Below, one piece after another: positions 11,201-19,615 of a stretch of DNA of 64,000 nt; position 1 is the stretch's first letter; the number at the start of each line of letters is the position of its first letter. The notes under the pieces are model-generated. The model ran no database searches. It saw nothing but the letters and a program-made list of their open reading frames with translations, and was not told the DNA's origin. The stretch is taken from the NCBI GenBank assembly GCA_965197885.1, contig OZ240231.1, positions 1,166,369-1,230,368 on the forward strand, read 5' to 3'. The stretch is from Thermodesulfobacteriota bacterium (GTDB lineage Bacteria; Desulfobacterota_D; UBA1144; Nemesobacterales; Nemesobacteraceae). Made by a program: the position numbers and the translations under genes.

Positions 11201-12490
11201 GTGAGCGCTGAGAGAAAAACAAAAGAACCTGATTTGCCAGAGCGCATTGACGCCGCAAACGCCTACGCGCTTGAGATGCTGCTTTCCGTTGAGCCTGCCC
11301 TCGCGGGAGTGGAAAGGGCCCTTGACGTCGTTCCCGGAATGACTTCCACAACCGTTTTGCACGCGGGTCCGCCGATCGGCTGGCGCAGGATGTGCGATCC
11401 GATGAAAAGAGCCGTGCGGGGTGCGCTTATATTCGAGGGGCTGGCAAAGGACTCTTCGGAAGCTGAAAAAATAATACTGAAAGACAAAATAACCCTTTCC
11501 CCGAATCACCACCATGGCTGCGTCGGACCTATGACGGGGATAATCTCCGCTTCAATGCCGGTGGTCGTCACGAAGGACCTGAGGACCGGAAAAAAAGCTT
11601 ATTCCACGTTTAACGAAGGCGGCGGGCAGGTGCTTTGGTTCGGATCGTTCGGAGAGGAGACACTACAGCGCCTCAGGTGGATAAGAGACAAATTCGCCCC
11701 CGTTATGAAAAAAGTATTTGCAAGCGCCGAGGCAATTTCAGTGTGGAACATACTGTCTCAGGGAATACAGATGGGAGACGAATGCCATAACCGCCACGGT
11801 GCTTGCACCAACATTTTTCTGAAAAATATCGCCGAGCCTCTTTTCTCTCTGGGCATCCCGCGCGCAAACGCCATGTCCGCTTACAGGTTCATGTCCGCAA
11901 ACAGCCACTTTTTTCTTAACTTTACCATGACCGCATGCAAGCTTGCCACAGATGCCGCCCACGATGTCGCCGGCAGCACATTGGTTACCGCCATGTCAAG
12001 AAACGGAACCGACTTCGGCATAAGGGTAAGCGGGCTCGGAAACAGGTGGTTCGTGGTGAAGTCACCCTATCTCCAAGACGCTCTTTACAACCTCGGTTAC
12101 GGACCGAAAGACGCCGCCCCAGACATAGGCGACAGCTCCATCATCGAAACAATGGGGCTTGGGGGGTTCGCAATGGCCGCCGCCCCTTCCATGGCGTCAT
12201 TTGCCGGAGGAGGGTTCAGCGACGCAGTGGATATTACAAGCAGTATGAATCTCATTACGACGGTGAAAAATCCCAAGTTCGCGATACCTTCCCTGGATTT
12301 TCAGGGAACGCCGACCGGGATTGACATAAGAAAGGTGGTCGACACGGCGATACTGCCAAGCATAAACAGCGCGATTGTGCATAAAAGCTCGGGAGCGGGG
12401 CAGATAGGAGCCGGAATAGCCAAAGCGCCTTACGGGTGCTTCGAAAAAGCGCTTCGGGCGTTTGGAAAACGACATGATTTAGCGGCATAG
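11201..12490 (+). CDS. DUF1116 protein (E. coli YlbE/AllG-like)
   Basis: GTG 11201 follows a TAAGGAG RBS. The motifs LHAGPPIGW..M..PMK.A..GA.IFEG.A and HH..VGPMTGI.SASMP match my recollection of YlbE. Confidence 0.7.
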   Translation: MSAERKTKEPDLPERIDAANAYALEMLLSVEPALAGVERALDVVPGMTSTTVLHAGPPIGWRRMCDPMKRAVRGALIFEGLAKDSSEAEKIILKDKITLSPNHHHGCVGPMTGIISASMPVVVTKDLRTGKKAYSTFNEGGGQVLWFGSFGEETLQRLRWIRDKFAPVMKKVFASAEAISVWNILSQGIQMGDECHNRHGACTNIFLKNIAEPLFSLGIPRANAMSAYRFMSANSHFFLNFTMTACKLATDAAHDVAGSTLVTAMSRNGTDFGIRVSGLGNRWFVVKSPYLQDALYNLGYGPKDAAPDIGDSSIIETMGLGGFAMAAAPSMASFAGGGFSDAVDITSSMNLITTVKNPKFAIPSLDFQGTPTGIDIRKVVDTAILPSINSAIVHKSSGAGQIGAGIAKAPYGCFEKALRAFGKRHDLAA

Positions 12491-12512
12491 GTTATAAAGC
12501 GAGAGGTACGTA

Positions 12513-14075
12513 TTGGTAACGCTCAATACCGTAAAACAGAACCATTACCAGGATTCGATGAAGCTTATGCAGATAAGCAGAGAGCTTGCTAATTCTCCCG
12601 GTATCAAAAAGGCTTCGGCCATAATGGCCACTGAAGCGAATTTAAAAACGCTTCGGGACGCGGGATTAATAAAAACCGCGTCGCGCTCACTCGGCGCGAA
12701 CGATCTTATAATAGCGGTTGAGGCAGAATCGGAGACGGCAGGCCACGACGCCTTGGGAAAAATCGATTCCTTTCTGACCGCGCCGCCAGATGGAGTTGGC
12801 CATACAGCCGGATACCGAAGCTTTGAAGAGGCCCTAAGAGCCCCGGGCAACCCGAACATCGCCGTTATCTCCGTTCCGGGGGAGTTTGCGAAACTTGAAG
12901 TCGCAAGAGCCATAAAAAACAACATTCACACCTTTCTTTTCAGCGACAACCTGAGTGTCGGCGAAGAGGTTGAACTAAAGCGAAGAGCCGCGCGCAAGGG
13001 ATTACTTATGATGGGGCCGGGATGCGGTACTGCGATAATAAACGGCGCGGGCTTTGGGTTTGCCAACATCGTAAGACGGGGACCGGTAGGGATTGTCGCC
13101 GCCGCAGGTACGGGCATGCAGGAAGTAGCAAGCCTGATTCATAACTGGGGAGTCGGCGTTTCTCACGGAATCGGGGTCGGCGGAAGGGATCTTTCCGAGA
13201 AAGTGGGCGGGCTGATGGCAATCAAGGCCATGGAACTGCTCGAGAAAGATGAAAACACGGAGATCATTCTGCTGGTCTCAAAGCCGGCTCCGATAAAGGT
13301 AATAGAAAAAATAATCGAAACGGTGCGGCGAGGAAAAAAACCTTTCGCGATGTGCCTGCTCGGGGAAAACGGAATTGAAGCGGAGAAAAACGTGTTTTCT
13401 ACCGATACGCTCGAAGAGTTGTCTTTGCTTGCAGTAAATCTCGCGGGCGGGCAAGGAGGCAAGCGGATCAGAGTTTCCGATGCCGGCCTGAAAAGATACG
13501 GAAGGAATTTCGTCAACTCGCTTCGCCCTTCGCAGAAATACGTAAGGGGGTTGTTTTCAGGTGGCACCCTGTGTTACGAGGCCCAGAAAATACTCACCTT
13601 GTCTCTCGGAAAGATTTATTCAAACGCACCTTTGTCAAAAGACTGCCTGCTTGGCGATTCACGCAAAAGCCGCGGGCACTGCTGCGTAGATCTCGGCGAA
13701 GAAGAGTTTACCGTCGGACGCCCCCATCCGATGATCGACTCCACGCTTAGAAGCGAAAGGATAATCGAGGAAGCAAAAGATCCCCAGACAGCGGTAATTC
13801 TCCTCGATATCGTACTGGGCTACGGCTCAAACGCCGACCCCGCCGGGGAACTTCTCCCGGCCATTGGGCAAGCAAGACAAATAGCTAAAAACAAAAACAG
13901 ATCGCTCGCCTTCATCGCGCACGTGTGCGGTACGGATGACGATCCTCAGAATCTTGACTTGCAGGAGAAAAAGTTAAGGAGAAACGGCATAAAAATTGCA
14001 ACAACTAACGCTCAGGGAGCCAGGGCCGCGGCCTTGATCGCGCGGCTTGCGTCAGAGAGGAGAGCAAGGCGATGA
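12513..14075 (+). CDS. fdrA: FdrA-family protein (succinyl-CoA-synthetase-alpha-like; E. coli FdrA/AllF-like)
   Basis: The start is TTG behind GAGAGG. The N-terminal YQDSMKLMQIS...MATEAN domain is followed by CoA-ligase-like Rossmann segments (ISVPGEFA, MGPGCGTA, AAAGTGMQE). Length is 520 aa. Confidence 0.8.
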   Translation: MVTLNTVKQNHYQDSMKLMQISRELANSPGIKKASAIMATEANLKTLRDAGLIKTASRSLGANDLIIAVEAESETAGHDALGKIDSFLTAPPDGVGHTAGYRSFEEALRAPGNPNIAVISVPGEFAKLEVARAIKNNIHTFLFSDNLSVGEEVELKRRAARKGLLMMGPGCGTAIINGAGFGFANIVRRGPVGIVAAAGTGMQEVASLIHNWGVGVSHGIGVGGRDLSEKVGGLMAIKAMELLEKDENTEIILLVSKPAPIKVIEKIIETVRRGKKPFAMCLLGENGIEAEKNVFSTDTLEELSLLAVNLAGGQGGKRIRVSDAGLKRYGRNFVNSLRPSQKYVRGLFSGGTLCYEAQKILTLSLGKIYSNAPLSKDCLLGDSRKSRGHCCVDLGEEEFTVGRPHPMIDSTLRSERIIEEAKDPQTAVILLDIVLGYGSNADPAGELLPAIGQARQIAKNKNRSLAFIAHVCGTDDDPQNLDLQEKKLRRNGIKIATTNAQGARAAALIARLASERRARR

Positions 14076-15019
14076 AACTGGCCGTCGTTGCTTTCGGAGG
14101 TAACGCGTTTTCAGGTGATAAGAATCATGGAACACACCGAGATCAATTCGCTTTCGCGGAAGATATATCAGGGGAATTGGTGAAACTTGTGGAATCGGGT
14201 TACGGAATCGTCATAACTCACGGAAACGGACCCCAGGTGGGAAACCTTCTGCTCCAGCAGGAATATGCTTCTTGCGCGGCCCCACCCATGCCCGCCGACG
14301 TATGCGGCGCGATGACACAAGGCCAGATCGGATACTTAATCGTTCAAACGCTGAGAAATCACCTCAGAAAAAACAATGTAGATAAACCCGTTGCGGCCAT
14401 CATTACCCAAGTAGTGGTAGACGAAAATGACGAAGCTTTTTCAAACCCGACGAAATTCATAGGACCGTTTTTTGACAAGAAAACCGCCGACTCTCTTAAG
14501 AGAGAGAAAGACTGGAAGATAGAAGAAGACTCTGACAGGGGATATAGAAGGGTCGTGCCTTCGCCAAAGCCGGTGGACATAGTGGAGAAAAAAGAGATCG
14601 CAGACATGATAGGAAGAGGTTTTATCGTCGTTGCGTGCGGAGGGGGCGGAGTGCCGGTTGTCCGCGGGAAAACCGGTGAACTCAGGGGAGTAAGCGGCGT
14701 GATCGACAAAGATCTGGTTTCAGAAAAACTTGCGACTCTCATTGGGGCCGAGACCCTTGCCATAATTACGCCCGTGGACAAGATATCGCTGTTTTTCGGA
14801 ACTAAACGGCAGGTGGACTTAGAGAAAATAACTACAGACGAAGCGGAAAAATACCTTGAGGAAGGACATTTTCCGCCCGGAAGCATGGGTCCCAAGATAG
14901 AAGCGGCGATAAGGTTCTTACGAAAAGGCGGCAAACGCGTGGTGATAACGTCGGCGAAATCGACAACTAAAGCTCTTGAGGGGAAAAAAGGTACTGAAAT
15001 AGTTAATGGGATGAATTAA
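14072..15019 (+). CDS. arcC: carbamate kinase
   Basis: The motifs VVAFGGNAF, ITHGNGPQVGNLLLQ and ACGGGGVPV are present. Length is 315 aa. The ATGA overlap with fdrA suggests translational coupling. Confidence 0.9.
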   Translation: MKLAVVAFGGNAFSGDKNHGTHRDQFAFAEDISGELVKLVESGYGIVITHGNGPQVGNLLLQQEYASCAAPPMPADVCGAMTQGQIGYLIVQTLRNHLRKNNVDKPVAAIITQVVVDENDEAFSNPTKFIGPFFDKKTADSLKREKDWKIEEDSDRGYRRVVPSPKPVDIVEKKEIADMIGRGFIVVACGGGGVPVVRGKTGELRGVSGVIDKDLVSEKLATLIGAETLAIITPVDKISLFFGTKRQVDLEKITTDEAEKYLEEGHFPPGSMGPKIEAAIRFLRKGGKRVVITSAKSTTKALEGKKGTEIVNGMN

Positions 15020-15133
15020 AATGAAATCAATGAGTGGTGACAAGCCTCATAACATAAACGGGTTAAAGGACAGAAATTCCGGGAGGTCCCGGAGAGTAAA
15101 ACATAATAAATATCTTTTTTAGGAGGTGCAGTA

Positions 15134-15625
15134 ATGGCAGTAGACAGAATAAAAAGCGAGAGGCCCCAGGAGGGGAAAGCTCTTGTGGATTACGAAGAAA
15201 AGCTTTTTCCTGACCATATGGCAAAGGAAGGAGAAAAAGCTTTGTTTCTCATACATTCGGTTCCGTATGAAGGTTCTGTAGCAGGTATAAACATGCTTAC
15301 CGCTATCAGGGCGAAAAAGAAAGGATATGGAGTGACGGTTCTTTTCTACGGACCCGCTTCCGGCATACCGGTATACAGAGGCTGGCCGAATGTGGGAGAT
15401 GACGGTTACGGCGCTGGTATTCAGCTCTATCCGAATCTTGTCAAGAGGCTGCTTTCGGAAGGAATAACGGTATACGCGTGCCGTTTTTCCGCTGCCGCGC
15501 TTCTCGGACAGAATGAATCGAGCTTTATCGAGGGAGTTGTCCCGATTCATCCGACGGACATACTGGACATAGTTATCGAGCATCACAGGGAAGGCGCCAT
15601 GATGTTCAGCACGTGGACTGTTTAA
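15134..15625 (+). CDS. MSMEG_0572/Sll0783-type nitrogen-starvation protein (DsrE-like fold)
   Basis: The 163-aa protein has a DsrE-like alternation (ALFLIHSVPY...GYGVTVLFYGPASG...GITVYACRFSA). Its size and its position next to the radical SAM gene match Nit1C 'Hyp1'. Confidence 0.6.
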   Translation: MAVDRIKSERPQEGKALVDYEEKLFPDHMAKEGEKALFLIHSVPYEGSVAGINMLTAIRAKKKGYGVTVLFYGPASGIPVYRGWPNVGDDGYGAGIQLYPNLVKRLLSEGITVYACRFSAAALLGQNESSFIEGVVPIHPTDILDIVIEHHREGAMMFSTWTV

Positions 15626-15689
15626 GGTTTTAAACTCCACGTTGTTGTCCAGGTAATACCGCTTCTTCTTGAAGTTGCGGACAGTTTTA

Positions 15690-15716
15690 ATCCGCTTGCC
15701 AGCGGGGCAAGCGGAT
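15690..15716 (+). other. perfect 11-bp intra-operon hairpin without a T-tract
   Basis: ATCCGCTTGCC, an AGCGG loop and GGCAAGCGGAT lie in the 128-nt gap between the Sll0783-like and radical SAM genes. Confidence 0.5.
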
Positions 15717-15753
15717 AGGGTGTTGTGTGAAATAAAAACGCTGGGGGTGAAAA

Positions 15754-16884
15754 ATGGATTCCAGAACCCTTAAGGTAGAGTTGCAAAGTTACGGTTTGAG
15801 AATTCCTGATTCCAAAAATATCAGGCGAGGGGGCGCCGGTCCCACGGGAGGAATTCATCTGAGGATTCTTCCCGATACCGACGCGAATGTACCGGTTGTT
15901 GGCGATTTCGTAGAATCTTCGCCGTATCATCTTGACAAGATAAACGGCGAAGACTGGATTTTCCGAGATGAAGTGGCTTTAGTACAGGTCGAGCTTATGG
16001 GTAATGGAAGGTTTTACGACCACAAAACCTCAAGCGGAATACCGATGCAGAGAATCGGACTTCTGCACTGCCCGACCACTTTTGCCACGACTCTGCTTCA
16101 GACCTGTGATTTCTGGAAGGACGAGAGAAGGTGTCAGTTCTGCGGAATAGAACTTACTCTCAAGGACAGAAGTACCGTCGGATTCAAAAACGCAAAAGCG
16201 CTTGTTGAAACAATTCAACTCGCAAAGGAACTCGACGGCATTTCCAACATTGTCTTTACTTCCGGCGTTGCACCTGACGAGGAAAAAGCGCTTGAAAAAT
16301 ACGCCGAGATATGTTCCGAGGTTAAAAATCATACAGGGCTTCCGATTCAGCTGCAGATTGTTCCCCCCGAAGACCTGGGCTGGCTGGAGAGGCTGAAATC
16401 TTCGGGGGTGGACGCTCTCGGAGTCCATATTGAAACATTCGACCCGGAGGTATTCGAAAAAATAACCCCGGGCAAGGCTATGATAGGACTTGACAGGTAC
16501 ATAGAGACTTGGAAAGAGGGCGTAAGGGTTTTCGGTAGGTGGGCGGTAAGCACCTATATTCTGGTCGGGCTCGGCGAAAGGCTGGAAACGGTTATCGAGG
16601 GCGCGGAGATTTGCGCAGAGATAGGGGTTTATCCCTTCATCGTGCCTTTCAGGCCTATCGCAGGCACCCCGATGGAAAACGTAATGCCGCCGAGGGCCGA
16701 AGTTATGGAATACGTGTATTCCGAAGCCGCCAAGATTCTGTCCAGATACGACGGAGGGTCCAAAAGCGGCGTGGCCGGCTGCGTAAGTTGCGGGGAATGT
16801 TCCGTGCTTCCCGATTTTGAGAGGCTGCACGAGTCAAAAACAGTAGAGTTTAAAAAATTCATAAAGTCGGTCCCGGTAAATTGA
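15754..16884 (+). CDS. radical SAM protein, MSMEG_0568-type
   Basis: A Cys cluster C118-x8-C127-x2-C130 (TCDFWKDERRCQFCG) is followed by a TIM-barrel-like core. A C-terminal CVSCGEC motif is also present. Length is 376 aa, and the context is the Nit1C-type cluster. Confidence 0.7.
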   Translation: MDSRTLKVELQSYGLRIPDSKNIRRGGAGPTGGIHLRILPDTDANVPVVGDFVESSPYHLDKINGEDWIFRDEVALVQVELMGNGRFYDHKTSSGIPMQRIGLLHCPTTFATTLLQTCDFWKDERRCQFCGIELTLKDRSTVGFKNAKALVETIQLAKELDGISNIVFTSGVAPDEEKALEKYAEICSEVKNHTGLPIQLQIVPPEDLGWLERLKSSGVDALGVHIETFDPEVFEKITPGKAMIGLDRYIETWKEGVRVFGRWAVSTYILVGLGERLETVIEGAEICAEIGVYPFIVPFRPIAGTPMENVMPPRAEVMEYVYSEAAKILSRYDGGSKSGVAGCVSCGECSVLPDFERLHESKTVEFKKFIKSVPVN

Positions 16885-16949
16885 GACGGGGAAAATCATG
16901 ATCCGAAGCCTCGTCACTCTGGATTGCGGATTAAATCAAGGAGACGCAG

Positions 16950-18299
16950 ATGAGTCAAGAGAAACTGAAGTTTATCATAATAGGCGGAGGTGCTGGCGGC
17001 ATTTCCGCGGCTTCCACCGCAAGGGGTCTCGCCGATCCCGATTCATCCGTTACGCTCTTCACCGAGTTTGAAGATGTCGCCTACAGTCCCTGCGGCATCC
17101 CCTTTGTCCACGGCAGGGAGATACCGGATTTCAAAAACCTTTTTCTTCAAACCGCCGAGCACTACACCGGTATCGGAATCGATATCAGATACAACTCCAA
17201 AGTAACGGGAATAGATCTTGATAAAAAGGTCGTGGCTGTGGGCTCCGAGGAGTTTCCGTGGGATCGGCTCATAATCGCAACCGGATTCGAATACGGAAAT
17301 CCGGACATTCCCGGCATCGATCTTGACGGCATTCATTACGTGAAGAACATCCGAAGGGCCATGGAATTTGACAAGGAGCTTGACCGGATAAAGAAGATCG
17401 CCGTGCTATCCGCCTCTCCTCTGGGTGTCGAGATGGCGGGCAACTTGGCGCAAAGAGGAATCGAGACCCATCTTGTGGACGAAGGCGGCTGGCTTATGTC
17501 CGAGGTCGCAGACCCGGATATCATGGAGCCGGTACAGGATTCCTTCGAAGAACTGGGCGTTAACATGCATTTCGGAACCAAGGCCCATGAGATAAAAGGG
17601 CAGGACGGCAAGGTAAAATCCCTGATTACCTCGAAGGGTGAAATAGAGTGTGAAGTCGTTATAGTCGCCACTCACAAGGTGCCGAACAATACTCTTTCCC
17701 GGGAAGCCGGAATAAAACTCGGCTCTACCGGCGGGGTCCTGGTTGATGACCACATGAGAACCAGTGTCCCCGGCGTCTACGCCGCCGGCGACTGCGCGGA
17801 AGTGGTGCACGGGGTCACGGAAATCCCCATTCAGGGACTCTCGGGAAGCCATGCGTACTCCCAGGGAAGAACAGCCGGGGCGAATGCGGCGGGCGATGAC
17901 CGCGCGTACGATCCCGTGTACGTGCCGTGGGGCATGGTTGGCGGAAAAATCCAGATCGGCGGAGTGTCTCTCGGCGAAACCCTTCACAAGGCTCTAGGCA
18001 TACCTCACGTCGTCGCGTTCTCGCAGGGAATATCCAGAGCCAGGTATTACCCCGGAGTCACGAGAATGAGGGTAAAACTCATTGCCGACCCAGAGACTCA
18101 CAGAGTGTTGGGCGCCCAGATGGCCGGCGGGGAAGGGATAAAGGAAAGAGCCGATTTTCTCGCTTTTTCAATCAAGCGCAAGGCTACGCTTGAAGATTTC
18201 GCGTGGATGGAAAACGTGTATTCACCCCCGATAGGCGCCCTGATGGAACCCATCGCCCTAGCGGCGCAGGCGGGGTTGGCCAAATTGGCCGGCAGGTAG
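16950..18299 (+). CDS. FAD-dependent pyridine nucleotide-disulfide oxidoreductase (NADH oxidase/CoA-disulfide reductase-like; MSMEG_0569 position)
   Basis: The dinucleotide motif IIGGGAGG is followed by a single redox Cys in YSPCGIPF. A second Rossmann (AVLSASPLGVEMAG) and GDCAE are also present. Length is 449 aa. Confidence 0.8.
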   Translation: MSQEKLKFIIIGGGAGGISAASTARGLADPDSSVTLFTEFEDVAYSPCGIPFVHGREIPDFKNLFLQTAEHYTGIGIDIRYNSKVTGIDLDKKVVAVGSEEFPWDRLIIATGFEYGNPDIPGIDLDGIHYVKNIRRAMEFDKELDRIKKIAVLSASPLGVEMAGNLAQRGIETHLVDEGGWLMSEVADPDIMEPVQDSFEELGVNMHFGTKAHEIKGQDGKVKSLITSKGEIECEVVIVATHKVPNNTLSREAGIKLGSTGGVLVDDHMRTSVPGVYAAGDCAEVVHGVTEIPIQGLSGSHAYSQGRTAGANAAGDDRAYDPVYVPWGMVGGKIQIGGVSLGETLHKALGIPHVVAFSQGISRARYYPGVTRMRVKLIADPETHRVLGAQMAGGEGIKERADFLAFSIKRKATLEDFAWMENVYSPPIGALMEPIALAAQAGLAKLAGR

Positions 18300-18321
18300 T
18301 TTTTTAAGGAGGTTAAGCAAA

Positions 18322-18582
18322 TTGTCAGAAAATAAACCCCCGGGCGGCTGGTTAAGAAAAAACGCGGAAAAATACCTGCTTGAGGCCGCGGCGGATGATA
18401 TGGCGAATCGTTACCGGGACTGTACTTCCAACGCTTACCGCGAAAAAGGAGTGCTGCCTTTTTTCTGGAGAAACATATTCGTCCCCGTTTACCTTGCCAT
18501 CCCCTGGAAAATTCGCAGAAGAATAATCCTTATGAGTTCTTACCCGGGGGGTGATCGTCCCAAGTGGAAAAAATTCGATTAA
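18322..18582 (+). CDS. small MSMEG_0570-type nitrogen-starvation cluster protein
   Basis: This 86-aa ORF starts 22 nt after the flavoprotein gene. It has a hydrophobic segment (FFWRNIFVPVYLAIPW). Size and position match Nit1C 'Hyp2', and the assignment rests on context. Confidence 0.5.
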   Translation: MSENKPPGGWLRKNAEKYLLEAAADDMANRYRDCTSNAYREKGVLPFFWRNIFVPVYLAIPWKIRRRIILMSSYPGGDRPKWKKFD

Positions 18583-18616
18583 CCCGTCCCCCGGTTCTGT
18601 AAACCTCTCCGTTAAA

Positions 18617-19615
18617 ATGTCGAAAGTAAGCGCCAGAGAGCAGTTGAACGTAAAAACGATCGGAGTTAACGCCTACGAGACTCTCGTAAACCTCAAAAGC
18701 CCCGCGAACATCGAGGGTGTGTTCGAAAATTCCTTCTACGTAAAGGTCGGCGAGTATGAGCTGATCAGGGTTACCCGACACGAACAATACGTTTCAGCAA
18801 GTTCGATAATCGTAGAGGAAAAAGACCGGGATTCGGGCTTCAAATCCATGGGAATCGAACAAGGCATGAGGGTTCTCTGCGGGAAAAAAGATATCTTAAT
18901 AGGAAAAAGATTCGCAGTTGCCAATATCCACGGCGTCGCAAAATGGCAACCGCCGCGCGTCCCGGACAGCGCGTCCATACGCCCGCTTGAGATAATAAAG
19001 CTTAATCTTAGGGTGCTCCGGGACGTGATATACACCTGTCCCAGCAGGGAAGGACTCGTACCGCTGCTTGAAAACGTGGAACTTGTCGGCTCCATTGATC
19101 TTTTCCTAAAACCCCGCACCGACAGCTTTGCCGAGAGAGCAAGACCCGGCATCGAAAGAGTGATGTGGGGGATTTTCTCACTTGATAAGGCCGCGGTCAT
19201 GGAAAGTGCGAGGACAATAATAGGTCTCGGACCGGGACTCACGCCGTCATGCGACGATTTTCTCTGCGGGCTTGTAGTCAGTCTTAAGACCGGAGCGGCA
19301 GTGTTAAGCATGAGTGACGACACTGGGTTTTTCGATGAAATCGCCGGAGCTATTTACGAGGAAGCGCGCCAAAGAACCACGGTTTTCGGCTCAAACATGC
19401 TGAGGGAAGCCCGCGAGGGAGTGTGCCCTCTCGCGGTAGTCAATCTCATCCATTGCCTTCTTACCGAAGATGTGGCGGAGACAGTTGAGGTTTCGAAAAC
19501 GCTGATCAGAATGGGCGAGACCTCCGGGGCGGACATCGCTATCGGGGTATTTTACGGAATCAGGTTTCTGGTCTCGAGGCTTGAGAACCTGGAGGTTTTG
19601 CATGAAACGGCTTAA
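18617..19615 (+). CDS. DUF2877 protein (E. coli YlbF/AllH-like)
   Basis: The GLGPGLTPSCDDFLCG motif is characteristic of DUF2877. I chose ATG 18617 (MSKVSAREQ...). A longer start at 18551 is also possible. Confidence 0.6.
   Translation: MSKVSAREQLNVKTIGVNAYETLVNLKSPANIEGVFENSFYVKVGEYELIRVTRHEQYVSASSIIVEEKDRDSGFKSMGIEQGMRVLCGKKDILIGKRFAVANIHGVAKWQPPRVPDSASIRPLEIIKLNLRVLRDVIYTCPSREGLVPLLENVELVGSIDLFLKPRTDSFAERARPGIERVMWGIFSLDKAAVMESARTIIGLGPGLTPSCDDFLCGLVVSLKTGAAVLSMSDDTGFFDEIAGAIYEEARQRTTVFGSNMLREAREGVCPLAVVNLIHCLLTEDVAETVEVSKTLIRMGETSGADIAIGVFYGIRFLVSRLENLEVLHETA

Noticed and set aside
16898-16949. A possible leader or precursor micro-ORF between the radical SAM and flavoprotein genes, considered as a RiPP-style precursor.
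   Set aside because: The ATG at 16898 opens a frame that runs into and out of frame with the flavoprotein gene. It has no RBS and no sensible peptide. The family is not known to act on peptides.
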